Positions 11,364 through 22,760 of a stretch of DNA of 64,000 nt are shown here, piece after piece. Origin of the DNA: an uncultured Planctomycetota bacterium (GTDB lineage: Bacteria; Planctomycetota; Planctomycetia; Isosphaerales; Isosphaeraceae); assembly GCA_963823665.1 (NCBI GenBank), contig CAWGMQ010000010.1:2496001-2560000 (forward strand), read 5' to 3'. Under the pieces are notes generated by a model. It ran no database searches, was not told the DNA's origin, and saw nothing but the letters and a program-made list of their open reading frames with translations. The translations under genes were made by a program, and so were the position numbers. Position 1 is the first letter of the stretch, and every line of letters begins with the position of its first letter.

Positions 11364-12095
11364 ATGGCGGGCCGCGAGCAGAAACATTCCGGCGCCGGAA
11401 GCATGGCCCTCCTGGTCGACGACGATGTCGAGCTGGGCGAGCTCCTTCAGGACGCGCTCGACGAGCACGACGTCCGGGTCGAGCTGGCCCACGACGGCCG
11501 CCGTGGCCTGGCGCGGGCCCTCTCCGGCGAGCACGACTTGCTCCTGCTCGATGTGATGCTCCCCGGCCTGGACGGGATCGAGCTGCTTCGTCTGGTGCGA
11601 CGCCAGAGCCGCGTCCCGGTCATCATGCTCACGGCCCGTTCCGCACCGGCCGACCAGGTAGCCGGGCTCGACGCCGGGGCCGATGACTACCTGCCGAAGC
11701 CCTTCGGGACCGAGCTGCTGATGGCCCGCATCCGGGCCGTTCTGCGGCGGTCGGGTCAGGTCTTCGAAGAGGCCAGCGTTCTGGAAGCGGGCGGATTGCG
11801 GCTCCAGCTCCGGGCTCGCGAAGCGTCTGTCGACGGCTCGCCGGTCGTCCTGACGACGGTCGAATACGACATCCTCGAGTATCTCGCCCGCGCCGCCGGC
11901 AGGATCGTGCCGCGGAGCGAGCTGACGATCGCGCTCTTCCAGCGGCGGGCCACGCCCTTCGACCGGGCCCTCGACACGCACATCTGCAACCTCCGACGAA
12001 AGCTCGGCGAGCGCGGCGAGATGATCGGCACGGTCCGCGGCGTCGGCTACCTGCTCCGTGTCGCCGACGGACCGGGCGCGGCCGCCGTGTCATGA
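11364..12095 (+). CDS. OmpR/CpxR-family response regulator
   Basis: LLVDDD, LLLDVMLPG, GADDYLPKPF, winged-helix FDRALDTHICNLRRKL...TVRGVGY. Confidence 0.95.
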   Translation: MAGREQKHSGAGSMALLVDDDVELGELLQDALDEHDVRVELAHDGRRGLARALSGEHDLLLLDVMLPGLDGIELLRLVRRQSRVPVIMLTARSAPADQVAGLDAGADDYLPKPFGTELLMARIRAVLRRSGQVFEEASVLEAGGLRLQLRAREASVDGSPVVLTTVEYDILEYLARAAGRIVPRSELTIALFQRRATPFDRALDTHICNLRRKLGERGEMIGTVRGVGYLLRVADGPGAAAVS

Positions 12096-13381
12096 GATCC
12101 ATCCTCGTAACGATCCTGCTGTGGGCCTTCGCGACCATCGCCTTCTGCGTGGCGGGACTCTGGGTTACTGCGAAGGCCCTGGAGCGACGCCCGTCGGGCC
12201 GCACAGATCCCGTGACGAGCATCGTCGCCATGCTCGGCGAGGACGCCCGCCAGGCGTTCGAGCAACAGGGGGCGCCAGGGCTCTCCGCCCATTTGCGAGA
12301 GGTCGCCGGCAAACTCCCGGGTGAGCGATTCCTGACAGACTCGGACGGTAAAGACCTGGTCGACGGGTCCGATCGAACGGCCATTCTGCGGGCCATCGGC
12401 CCCGGCCGCTCCCTTCTCGCCGACGGCCGCTTCGCCGTTGTTTCCAGACTTCAGGATGGACGCTATCGCTTCGTCTGGATCGTCGAGCCCTGGTTCGACA
12501 TGCCGAGCCCGACACCGTTCATCGCCGTGATCGTGGCGATCAACGCCCTCATGGGGACTGCGCTGGCGTTCTACCTCTCGCATCCGTTGCGCCGCCTCCG
12601 TCAGGCGATGGACCGCTTCGGCAGGGGCGACCTGCAGGCGCGCACCGGCTCACGACGCCGCGACGAGATCGGCGCGGTCTCCCGCGAATTTGACCTACTG
12701 GCCGAGCGCATCGAGACCCTCATGACCGCGGAACGGAGGCTCTTGCTCGACGTCTCGCACGAGCTTCGATCTCCTCTCACCCGGCTCGACGTCGCCATCG
12801 ACCTGGCCATCAAGCGCGAGGATCGCGGCCCGCTCCTGGCACGAATCAGGCGAGACATCTCCAGGCTATCCGATCTCGTCGGGGAGTTATTGCACCTCAC
12901 TCGTGTGGAAGGAAACCCATCGGCCCGTCAGCTCGAAATCGTTCGCCCGGCCGACCTCCTGAGCAGCCTCGTCGAAGATTGCGCGCTCGAGGCTGAGGCC
13001 AAGGGCTGCCGACTACGATTCCACGCGGAATCGACCGACTCGATCCACGGCGACGTCGAGCTGCTGCATCGAGCCTTCGAGAATGTCATCCGCAACGCCG
13101 TCCGCCACGCCCCCGAAGGCACCCTGGTCGAGGTCTCCCTGGAGCCACGCGGGAAGGGGCTAAGAGTCGTGGTACGAGACTTCGGCCCGGGCGTCCCCAC
13201 CGGCGCGTTGTCCTCGATCTTCGAGCCATTCTTCCGCGTTGAGGGTGACCGGAGCCGCAAGAGCGGCGGCGTCGGTCTCGGCCTGTCCATCGCCCGCCGC
13301 GCCGTCGCGATTCACAACGGCCAGATCACCGCCCGCAACGCCAGCCCCGGCCTCTCCGTCGAGGTAATCCTCCCCGGCTAA
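12092..13381 (+). CDS. HAMP-containing sensor histidine kinase (CpxA-like)
   Basis: Two TM segments, HAMP, DVSHELRSPL H-box, ENVIRNAVRH, DFGPG, GGVGLGLSI; ATGA overlap with the regulator. Confidence 0.95.
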   Translation: MRSILVTILLWAFATIAFCVAGLWVTAKALERRPSGRTDPVTSIVAMLGEDARQAFEQQGAPGLSAHLREVAGKLPGERFLTDSDGKDLVDGSDRTAILRAIGPGRSLLADGRFAVVSRLQDGRYRFVWIVEPWFDMPSPTPFIAVIVAINALMGTALAFYLSHPLRRLRQAMDRFGRGDLQARTGSRRRDEIGAVSREFDLLAERIETLMTAERRLLLDVSHELRSPLTRLDVAIDLAIKREDRGPLLARIRRDISRLSDLVGELLHLTRVEGNPSARQLEIVRPADLLSSLVEDCALEAEAKGCRLRFHAESTDSIHGDVELLHRAFENVIRNAVRHAPEGTLVEVSLEPRGKGLRVVVRDFGPGVPTGALSSIFEPFFRVEGDRSRKSGGVGLGLSIARRAVAIHNGQITARNASPGLSVEVILPG

Positions 13382-13441
13382 AAAAGGTGTCAGGAACCGT
13401 TTCCCCTCATCACGCACCAAAAAGGTGTCAGGAACCAATTC
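13380..13441. repeat. Tandem REP-like units AAAAAGGTGTCAGGAACC
   Basis: Two copies (about 13381 and 13419) between convergent genes. Confidence 0.75.
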
Positions 13442-13461
13442 ACGCCTCAATCACGCCCAGC

Positions 13462-16400
13462 CTACCGCCGGCGTCGTGCCAGAACTTGGTCCGCCGCCAG
13501 ATCATGAATCACGGACGAACCCGAATCATCCGCCACGAGCACTCCCAGCACCGCATCCACGGCGACGCTCGTCGCCCCGATCGCGCTCGCCGCGGCCCCG
13601 TTCACGGTTTGCGTGAGCACACCCGAGTTGCTCGTGAGGAAATTCGCATCCCCACCATAATCCGCCGTGATCGAATGCGAGCCCGCACCCAGCGTCTTCG
13701 TGCTGAACGTGGCCTTCCCACCGCTGAGCGTGCCCGTGCCGATCTGCGTCGCACCGTCATAGAACGTCACCGTCCCCGTTGGCGTCCCCACCCCAGGCGC
13801 CGCCGCCGTCACCGTCGCCGTGAATGTCACCTTCTGGCCGAATGTCGACGGATTGAGCGACGATGTCACCACAGCCGCCGTTGTATCCTGATTCACTGTC
13901 TGGGTGAGGCTCCCACTGCTGGTGCTGAAGCTGTTGCTGCCGTTGTATGTCACCGTGATCGTGTGCGAGCCGGTTGCCAGCTTGGCGGTCGTATAGTTCG
14001 CCGATCCTCCGCCGAGCACCACCGTGGCAAGCGTGGTCGCTCCATCCATGAATGTCACCGATCCCGCCGGCGTGCCACTCCCCGGCGCATTCGCACTCAC
14101 CGTGGCGGTGAACGTCACCGACTGCCCAAAGACCGACGGATTCGCGGATGACGTGACACCCATCATCGTGCTGTCCTGGCTGACCGTCTGGCTGATCGTC
14201 CCGGTGCTCGTCTTGAAGTTGGAGTCACCGCTGTAGACAGCCTTCATCGTGTCCGTCCCGACCGGAATCGCCACGCTTGACCTGATACTCACCGTCCCAT
14301 TAGACAAGGTACCCGTCCCAAGCACGTTCGCCCCCTGCGTGAACGTCACCGTGCCCGTCGGCATCCCGCTGCCGGGTGAGTTCGCGCTCACGGTAGCCGT
14401 CAGCGTGAGCGACTGACCATAAATCGACGGATTCGGCGCAACCATCACAACGGTGCTCGAGACCGATTGATTCACCGTTTGAGCAAACGCCGTCGAGCTG
14501 CTCCCCGTGAAGTTCGAATCTCCGCCATAGCTCACCGAGATCGAGTGCGACCCCAGCACGAAGAACGCCGTGGAGAACGTGGCAATCCCCACGCTGAGCG
14601 TGCCGGTGCCGATCGGCGTCCCGCCATCATCGAATGTCACCGTCCCCGTCGGTGTGCCGCTTCCCGGCGCAACCGCGCTCACCGTCGCCGTGAACGTCAC
14701 CGTCTGGCCATACACAGCCGATTTCGCCGACGATGTGACCCTCGACGCCGTCCCGTCCTGATTGACCTGTAACGTGAGGCCTGGAGAAGTGCTCGTCCCG
14801 AAATTGGGGTCGCCTTCATAGACCGCGGTGATCGATTGCGAGCCGACGTCCACGGAGGTCGTCTTGAGCGCTGCCCTGCGACCGGTGAGCGTCGCGGTGC
14901 CCAGTGAGATCACGCCGTCGTAGAAGGCCACTATCCCCGTCGGCGTGCCACTTCCCGGCGTGACCGCGGTCACGGTCGCGGTGAGCGTCACCGGCTGGCC
15001 GAACACGGTCGCACCGAGCGAACACGCAACCGCCGTGGCCGTGCTCGACTGAGTAACGACTTGCGTCGTCTGGTCAAGGCTCAACAAGTAGGTCGAGTTC
15101 CCCGAGTAACTCGCGATGACGTCGTGACTGCCCACGCCGGGCAAGCCCGTCGATAGGCTTGCCGTCCCGCCACGGAGGTGTGCCGTCCCGAGCGTCGTTC
15201 CGGTGGTCTCATCCACGAAGGTGACCGACCCCGTCGGGACCGGATCGCCCGGATAATCAGGCACGACGGCCGCCGTGAACGTCACCTTCTGGCCGAAAAC
15301 GGAGGCGTCGGGCGCACTCGTGAGCTGCGTGAAGCTGAGCACCGCGGCGGTCTGCGTGGTTCCACCCACAGTGAAGGTATCACCGACCGTCGGAACAGGC
15401 ATCCCGGTCGTGTTGTGGACAAACTCACCGCCGGCGCTGATGTTGATCGTATTGCCGCCGGGAGAGGCTCGACGTGCCAAGGTCGACTGTGCCGCCGGTG
15501 ATCGAGATGGCCGCCTGGCCGGCGACCGCCGAGCCGTCGATCGTGCTGTCCTCCACCGTCAAGGAACCGCCGCTCACCACGATCGTGGGCGAGCTCGTGC
15601 TGTTGCTTGCGGTGACGTTGTAGAGCATCACGTTGCCTGCGGCGACTGTCAAAGCCGGCGCATCGCCCATCAGTGTTCCGTTCTGAATCACGACGTTCAC
15701 TCCGGTGGGCGGGCTCAAAGTCGTGTCGGCCTGAAGCGTCTGGCCGCCGAGGTCGAGCGCCACCGTGACAGGCGTCGATTGGCTCGACAGGCCATTAATC
15801 GCCGCTAGCACATCGTCGAGCCCGCCGGTATCCGTCGGCTGGACGTCCACGGCGGGCGCGGTCGTTCCCACAGGCAGGTTCTCGATCTCCGAGACCGCAC
15901 TCTCTAACACGCTTTGCTCCGTCGCCGGATCGGCGACGATCGGAACGACGACGCTCGATTCCGAAGTGTTTATAACCGCCAGGTCCTGGCTGAATTCGGA
16001 TGTATTGCCGTTGGGATCGGTGGCCGTCGCCGAGATGAACTCGCCCGTGAGGTTTGCGGTGGTGAACGTGCCTGTCAGGCTCGCGTTACCAGAGGCGTCG
16101 GTGGTGACGCTCAACGATTCGAGCAGCGTCTGGCCCTGGCCGAAGCCGGAGGGGTCGGCCGTCGGGTTGGCAAAGAACTGAACGATGTACGTCGTGTTGG
16201 GATCGGCCGCAAGCGATCCGCTGACGGTCAGCGTGCCGTTTGGGTCTGTCGTGTCGGGCACGAAGACGGCTGAGGATAGCACAGGGAAGTTCTGATCGCC
16301 GTTGGGGGCGCCGGCGATGACTCCCGTCGTGGGCGACGAATGGTCGGGCGTGACACCATCGTCGCCCAGGTCGATGCCCACTCCGGTGTTGCCATCTATC

Positions 16401-18340
16401 GCGTTGGATAGGACCGCGTTGCCTGTGCTCGCGTCGGTCGCATTCAACCCGATGTTGACGCCATCGCCGGCGTTCGAGGCGATGACGTTTCCCGCCAGGG
16501 CGGCGGTGCCGCCGATGGTATTGCCGCTCGCGCCGCTGTCGATCTCGACACCGCCGTAATTGGGGATCGCGATCGTGCCGGTGTAATCGGTGCCGATGTC
16601 ATTGCCCGCAACGGTGTTGTCGTCCACACCCGAGCCGCTGATGTCGACGCCTGCGCCTCCGCTGCCCGAGATCACATTGCCTTCGTCGGCGTTTTCGGGA
16701 CCCTCAAGCGCGTTGACGCCGATCCACTCGTTGCTGGCTTCGCTCGTGATCCACACACCATAAAGCCCGTTGCCGAGCGCCGTTTCTCCCGAGACGTCTG
16801 TGCCGATGTAGTTGCCGGCGATCACGTCATTGATCCCGGCATAGTTGAGCCAGACGCCGATTTCGTTGCCGCTGATGATGTTTCGCTCGAGTGCATCCGA
16901 GACACCGTCTCCGTTGGTCCCGATCAGGTTGCCGTGAGCTTGGTTCTGGATATAGACGCCGACGTAGTTAGAAAGTGCGACCGTGCCGGTGTAATCCGTT
17001 CCGATATAGTTGCCGGCCACCGTATTCCCGGTCGTGAGCGTGCCCGTGAGGAATACGTTTTCCTGGGAGTTCCCGGAGATGATGTTCCGCTGGTCGGCCG
17101 TCTCCGGGCCGTAGACGGGGTTGACGCCGACCCAGTTATCTTGAGACCCGGCCCCGATATAGGCTCCCCAGTAGGAGTTTGCCAGCGCCGTCGTGCCCCC
17201 GGCGGTCGTACCAATGTCGTTCCCCGCGATCACGTTCCCCAATGACGCGTGGATCACCAAAACTCCGCCGACGCTATTACCCGAAATGACGTTGCGCTCG
17301 AGCGCGTCGTCAACTGCCCCATCCTGGCCCGAGGTTCCCACCAGGTTGAACGACGAACCCTCATCGACGACCACACCGTCGTCGTTGGGGATCGCGGTTG
17401 ATCCTGACGCATCCGTTCCGATCAGATTGCCGGCCAAGACGTTTGCATTGCTTGCGGTAACGTACACCCCGTAATCCGTGTTGCCGGAAATCACGTTCGC
17501 CTGGTCGGCGTTCGGCGACCCGCTGACAGGGTTAACGCCGACCCAGTTGTCGGTGGTCGCGGCGGCGAGCAAGACGCCGTAATCGCCGTTGGCGACTGCG
17601 GCTGTGCCCGTTGCGTTTGTGCCGATGTAGTTGCCTGCGACCACGTTCTGCTCCGTCCCGGCATCGGTGATCCAGACGCCGGCGTACAAGTTTCCGCTGA
17701 TGACGTTTCGCTCCGCGGCGTCGTTCACGCCGTCGCCGTTGGTTCCGATGAGATTGCCCACCGCGCCACCGGCGATCTCGACACCGGCGTAGTCGTAGTC
17801 GACCTGTGTCCCGGTCGGATCGATCCCCAGGAAGTTGCCGTAGACCCAATCACCGGTCGCCCCGGTGCCCGAGATCAGGATCGCCGCGCTCTGGGAAAAG
17901 CGGGTGATGTCCAGGCCGCGGACCGTGACGCCCGACCCAGTGATGGTCAGTCCGCTGGCCGTGCCCGCGTTGCTTCCGCTCAGCTTGATAACCGGCGTGC
18001 CGGAATAGCCCGGCTGAGAGAAACCGTCGATGAAAATCGAATTCGTGATCGCCGGCAGGGGCGAAGCAGGCTTGATCGTCCACGAGCCCGTCGCCGGAAC
18101 GTAGCCCGGGTCGGTCGTCGGAATGTCGAAATCGATCGTGTCGCCATTCTGGGCATTCAAGAGCGCGAAGCGCAGCGAGCCGGTGTCCGAGCCCGAATCG
18201 CCGGTATCGGTCACGGTCAGAACGCTTAGCAACTTCCTGTCTTCCAGTAATTCCACCCCCGACCGGCGGCGGCTACGGCCGGAGCCACACGACAGACGGC
18301 CGGCGCGACGTCGTAAAGAGAAGAAACTGTGAAGACGCAT
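13462..18340 (-). CDS. Large secreted/surface protein: LEDRxLL leader, parallel beta-helix repeats, six Ig-like repeats (one frameshift near 15460)
   Basis: ELLEDRKLLS; repeated NVISGN...GNYIGT; repeated SxNPSVFGQxVTFTATV...PTGTVTF...YxGD units; ORFs 15425..18340 and 13462..15480 join. Confidence 0.88.
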
Positions 18341-18568
18341 CGCAGTAGCTCCATTGCGTGTAAAGCCATCGTTTCCCGGTGCTGCTCCGTGTCTCTATGC
18401 GCACTTCCCGTCGAAATCGAACGAAGCGCCGCCCTGGCGTCGCGAATCGAAAACATGCAGGGCCAGTTTGTTGACACCACGCTTCGATTCGGTTACCAAA
18501 GTCGAGGTCGTGACGAAGAGTTGCACCGTGTCCTGGCCACGAACTAGCCCGGCGGCCGCGGATCGGTA

Positions 18569-19285
18569 TTGGTCGTTGCCGGCGATCGCTGCTGGAAGGC
18601 AATGGCGCCCATGGAACCGGCCGGTCAGAGCGCGAACGGTCATCACGTCGATTTCGCTGCGCAAGTGGCGGCTGCGCAATGCGGCGATACGGCGACGCTG
18701 GGGCGCGTCCTCGAGGTCTTTCGGCCCTACCTTCTGACAATCGCCAATCAGCACCTCCCCAAGCGGCTTTGGAGCAAGTGCGGTGGCTCCGACTTGGTCC
18801 AGGATACGCTCCTCGAAGCGCATCGCGGGTTCGCCGGTTTTGAAGGCTGCCGCCCGGAAGAACTGCGGGCCTGGTTGGGGGGGATACTCCGCCATAATCT
18901 GAAGGACTCGGTTCGGAAATTCGCGTCCGCCGAGCGGCGATCCGTCCACCGCGAGCAGTCACTCCATACGGCCGCGCCCGGCCAGTCCGCCGCCGCGCTG
19001 GTTGACCCGGACCCCACACCCGGGACTTCGGCTGCCGACCGCGAGGAGGCCGCGGCAATCGACGCGGCACTCGAACAACTCGCGACCGACGAACGATTGG
19101 CGATCATCCTCCGGAATCGAGACCATCTTTGCTGGGATGAGATCGGACGGCGAATGAACCGTTCTCCGGATGCCGCCCGCATGGTCTGGAAGCGGGCGAT
19201 CCTTCACTTGCAACGAATCCTCGAGCCGAGCTGCGGCTCAACACCTCCAATCCCAGTTCCGGACGCGGCCCGCAGACGGGATTGA
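18569..19285 (+). CDS. ECF sigma factor, planctomycete kinase-associated subfamily
   Basis: FRPYLLTIA...GGSDLVQDTLLEAHRGF...WLGGIL; sigma4 WDEIGRRMNRSPDAARMVWKRA. Start may be at 18602 or 18611. Confidence 0.9.
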   Translation: MVVAGDRCWKAMAPMEPAGQSANGHHVDFAAQVAAAQCGDTATLGRVLEVFRPYLLTIANQHLPKRLWSKCGGSDLVQDTLLEAHRGFAGFEGCRPEELRAWLGGILRHNLKDSVRKFASAERRSVHREQSLHTAAPGQSAAALVDPDPTPGTSAADREEAAAIDAALEQLATDERLAIILRNRDHLCWDEIGRRMNRSPDAARMVWKRAILHLQRILEPSCGSTPPIPVPDAARRRD

Positions 19286-19288
19286 CGC

Positions 19289-22200
19289 ATGAGCCCGGAT
19301 TTCGCGACGCCTGAGCCGTCCAGCCTCTCCCCAGGCGGAACAGCCGTTCCCGCACCACCGAGGCTCGACACGTGGATCGGCGACATCCTCTTGGCCTGCG
19401 ATGCCGCTCGGGCTGGGGGCATCATGTCGAGCGACATCCCCTCCTCGCCGAGCATCGGCGCGCCCGATGACAGTCACCACTCCGCGCGCCAGCTCGCACT
19501 CGCGCGGGCCTGCCTTGACCGCCTGCACCGCCGCTGGCCCTGGGCCCATCTGCCGGCGGAGAAGTCAAGCCACGATTCGCCGCTGGCCGGCCTCAATTTG
19601 ACCGTAGGCCGCTACAGCTTGCTCAACCTGATCGGCTCCGGCGGACACGGCCTGGTTTTTCTGGCGAATGACAGCACCTTGCAGCGCAACGTGGCACTCA
19701 AGATTCCGCGCCCCGAGTGGCTCGCCTCCGATCGGCACCGCAGACGGTTCCTGCGCGAGGCACTCGCCCTGGCGCGCCTGGATCATCCGGGAATCGTCCC
19801 GATCTACGACTTTGGTGAGGCGGGCTCGGTCTGTTACCTGGCGACGGCGCATGTCGATGGTCCGAACCTCGCGGAGTGGCTCGCTCTCCGACGGGAACGC
19901 CTGGGCCCGGTCCTGGCCGCCAAGCTTCTGCTCTCGCTGGCGGAAGCGATCGCGCATGCACACGACCGCGGCGTTTTGCACCTCGACCTCAAACCCGCAA
20001 ATGTGTTGCTGGAATGGTGTGATGACCCGGTCGCACGGACGCCCCGCATTACCGACTTTGGTCTCGCGACTCTGCTCGATGAGACGGCGGACGACACCCG
20101 TACCGACACACTCCCATTCGGAACGCCACGGTACATGTCGCCCGAACAGGCTGCCCGTGATCGGTCGCGCATCGGACAAGCAACCGACGTCTACGGCTTG
20201 GGTGCGATCCTGGACACGATCGTTTCAGGCTCTGATTCGCCCGGACCGCTCAACAACACGCAAGTGCATCGACCATCTCGACCGGAATTGCCGCAAGGGC
20301 TTCGCCAGATTCTCGCACGCTGCCTGGAGCGCTCCCCGGCAGATCGCTATCCCACCGCAAGGGCGCTCGCCGAAGACCTCCGGCGTTTCATTGCCGGTCA
20401 CCCGGTCACCGCTGGGCGGCTTGGGCGCGGGAAACTCAGACGCGCATGGGACGAGCTGAAAGTCAGCAACCGTGCCTTCATTTTGAGTGTGCTGCTGCTC
20501 GTCGGTGCGGTGGCTGTCGGCGGAGTCATCTTGTCGGCCCGGCCGCGGCTCCCGGGCGGCAACCCGGGCGCGCAACGCACTCGGTTCGAGGGACCGGTGA
20601 AAAGCAACGCGCCGGTCGATCCAGACCCGCGCGGAGTTCGCTACACCCGCGAGATGCAAAACGCCTACCGTCTGATCCACGATAACCACGACACCGGGAC
20701 CGCCGACTCGAAACGTCTCGATCATTGGGCCGGCCCTTATCCGGCGGGAGAGCCCGACCCTCGCGGATTCGAATGGGGCTACCTCAAGAATCTGGCTCAT
20801 CGAGAATCGCTGACCTTCCCGCATGGTGAACTGCCAGACGGCAAACCGAACGCGGTTTACCATGTTCGATTCTCGCCCGACGGGGCGAGGCTGGTCACTG
20901 CGGCAAAGGACGGGACGGCGCGGATCTGGGATCGGGACACGGGGCGCTGCCTCCACGTCCTGAACCACAATGGAATCGAGGTGAATTCAGCAGCGTTCTC
21001 GCCGGATGGGAAACTGGTCGCAACAGCCAGCGACGATGGTTACGTCCGATTCTGGGACGCGGCCTCTGGCGCCGCCAAACGCCATCTCTCTCCTCCGCAC
21101 AACGGTGAAGCCAATGCGGCGCTCTTCACGCCAGACGGCACGCGGCTGGTCTCCGCGAGTCGCGACGGGCGCCTCGCCGTCTGGAATGCAGCGACCCGAG
21201 AGGAACTGTGGCGGCGCGATGCCGAGGTCGGCCCCATCGAGGGCCTCGCCATTGCGAGGGACGGCTCGTTTGCTGCAGCCGGAGGCTCGCGCGACGCTCG
21301 GATCGCGATCCTGGGCCTCACCGATTTTGCGTTGCGCTGGCAGATGCGTTCGGGGTCTGGAATAATCGGTCTCGACATCGCGCCCGACAACCGCCTCATC
21401 GCGGTGAATAGCTCCAACGACGTCTTTCTTGTTGACAGGACCTCACACGCTTCAGAGACCCGGCTCGTCGGCCACCGCGGCGGCGTCGAAAGCGTCGCGT
21501 TCGGCCCCGACCAGTCGGTTCTCGCCTCCGTCAGCGGCGCCGGAGATGATTCACTCAGGATCTGGGACCCTGTCACCGGCCGAGAGCGCGATGCCATGTC
21601 GGGACATACGAGTGCAAACTACTTTGTGACCGTCTCCCCCGACGGGAAGCGACTGGCGACCGCCAGCGCCGATGGCACCGCCAAGCTCTGGGAGCTCAAC
21701 CGCCGAACGGACCGCACGCAGATCGAACTTCCGCCAGGAACAATCCCGCTTGACGTCGCGGCCTCGTTCGACAGCAGCTCGGGCAGCGAATCCGAGCGCG
21801 GCTCGCTGGCACTGGTCGCGATCACAAAGGACGGCCGGCTCATCAGGCTCGACGGCAATGACGGGCACACGCTGGAAACGCGGGCCCTCTTCGTCCAACG
21901 GATTGTGAGTGCCAGGATTGCCCCGCTCGCCCGATTGATCGCGGCCGTCTCGGAAGACGGCGTGCTCCTGATCGCGGAGGTCTCCGGTGATCGCACGCCG
22001 CAAGCTGTCGCGGACGTTCGGGTGAGCGCGAATTCCCGAAATTTCGCGTTTGATCGCGAGGGCCGCGTTCTCGTGGCGAATGCTAGCAAAGCAAAACGCC
22101 AGAACATGGAGCAGAACTCGGTTGAACCGATCAGCGCCGAGAACATGAGCCTGATCGAGACAGCCACCGGCCTGGTCACGTCCTGGCTAGCTGTTCCCAA

Positions 22201-22760
22201 CGGCTCGTTTTCGGCAACAAACCACGCATTCTTCGCGGACGGCCGGCGGCTCGCTGCCGGGCATGCGTCTGGTGGAGACGGCCTCCTTGTTTGGGATCTG
22301 GAGGGCGGTCGAGCCTCACGCAACACCATTGCCCTGGAAACCTCGCCGGATCTGTGCTTTGGCCGTGTCGTTTGACGGAAAGCTCATCGCAACCGGTGAC
22401 GTGATCGACCGGATTCAGTTGAACGACAGCGAAACACTCGCGATCAAAGCGGAGCTTCTCGGGCATCGGCACGACATCTCCAGTCTCGCGTTCTCGCCCG
22501 ACAGCCGCCGGTTGGCAAGCGGCGACGTTTCCGGCGCCGTGAAACTGTGGGACGTCGCCTCGGGCGAGGAGCTACTCGAGCTAGAAGGCCTTTCAGGCCG
22601 CGTCCACTACCTCGAGTTCGCACCGGATGGCCTCTCCCTCGTCGGCGCCTCACTGGAAAACGGAGGCCGCGCCGTCGTATGGCACGGTCATGCACGCCAA
22701 TCAACCGAAAAGGTGGCAGGAACGAATGGCACTGTAAAAACCTTAAGCCGCTCGCAGTAA
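19289..22760 (+). CDS. Ser/Thr protein kinase with WD40 repeats (frameshift near 22340; C-terminus reads into the IS4)
   Basis: GSGGHGLV, HLDLKPAN, DFGLA, GTPRYMSPEQ; WD40 units such as FSPDGARLVTAAKDGTARIWD; last repeats lie in ORF 22263..22760. Confidence 0.9.
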
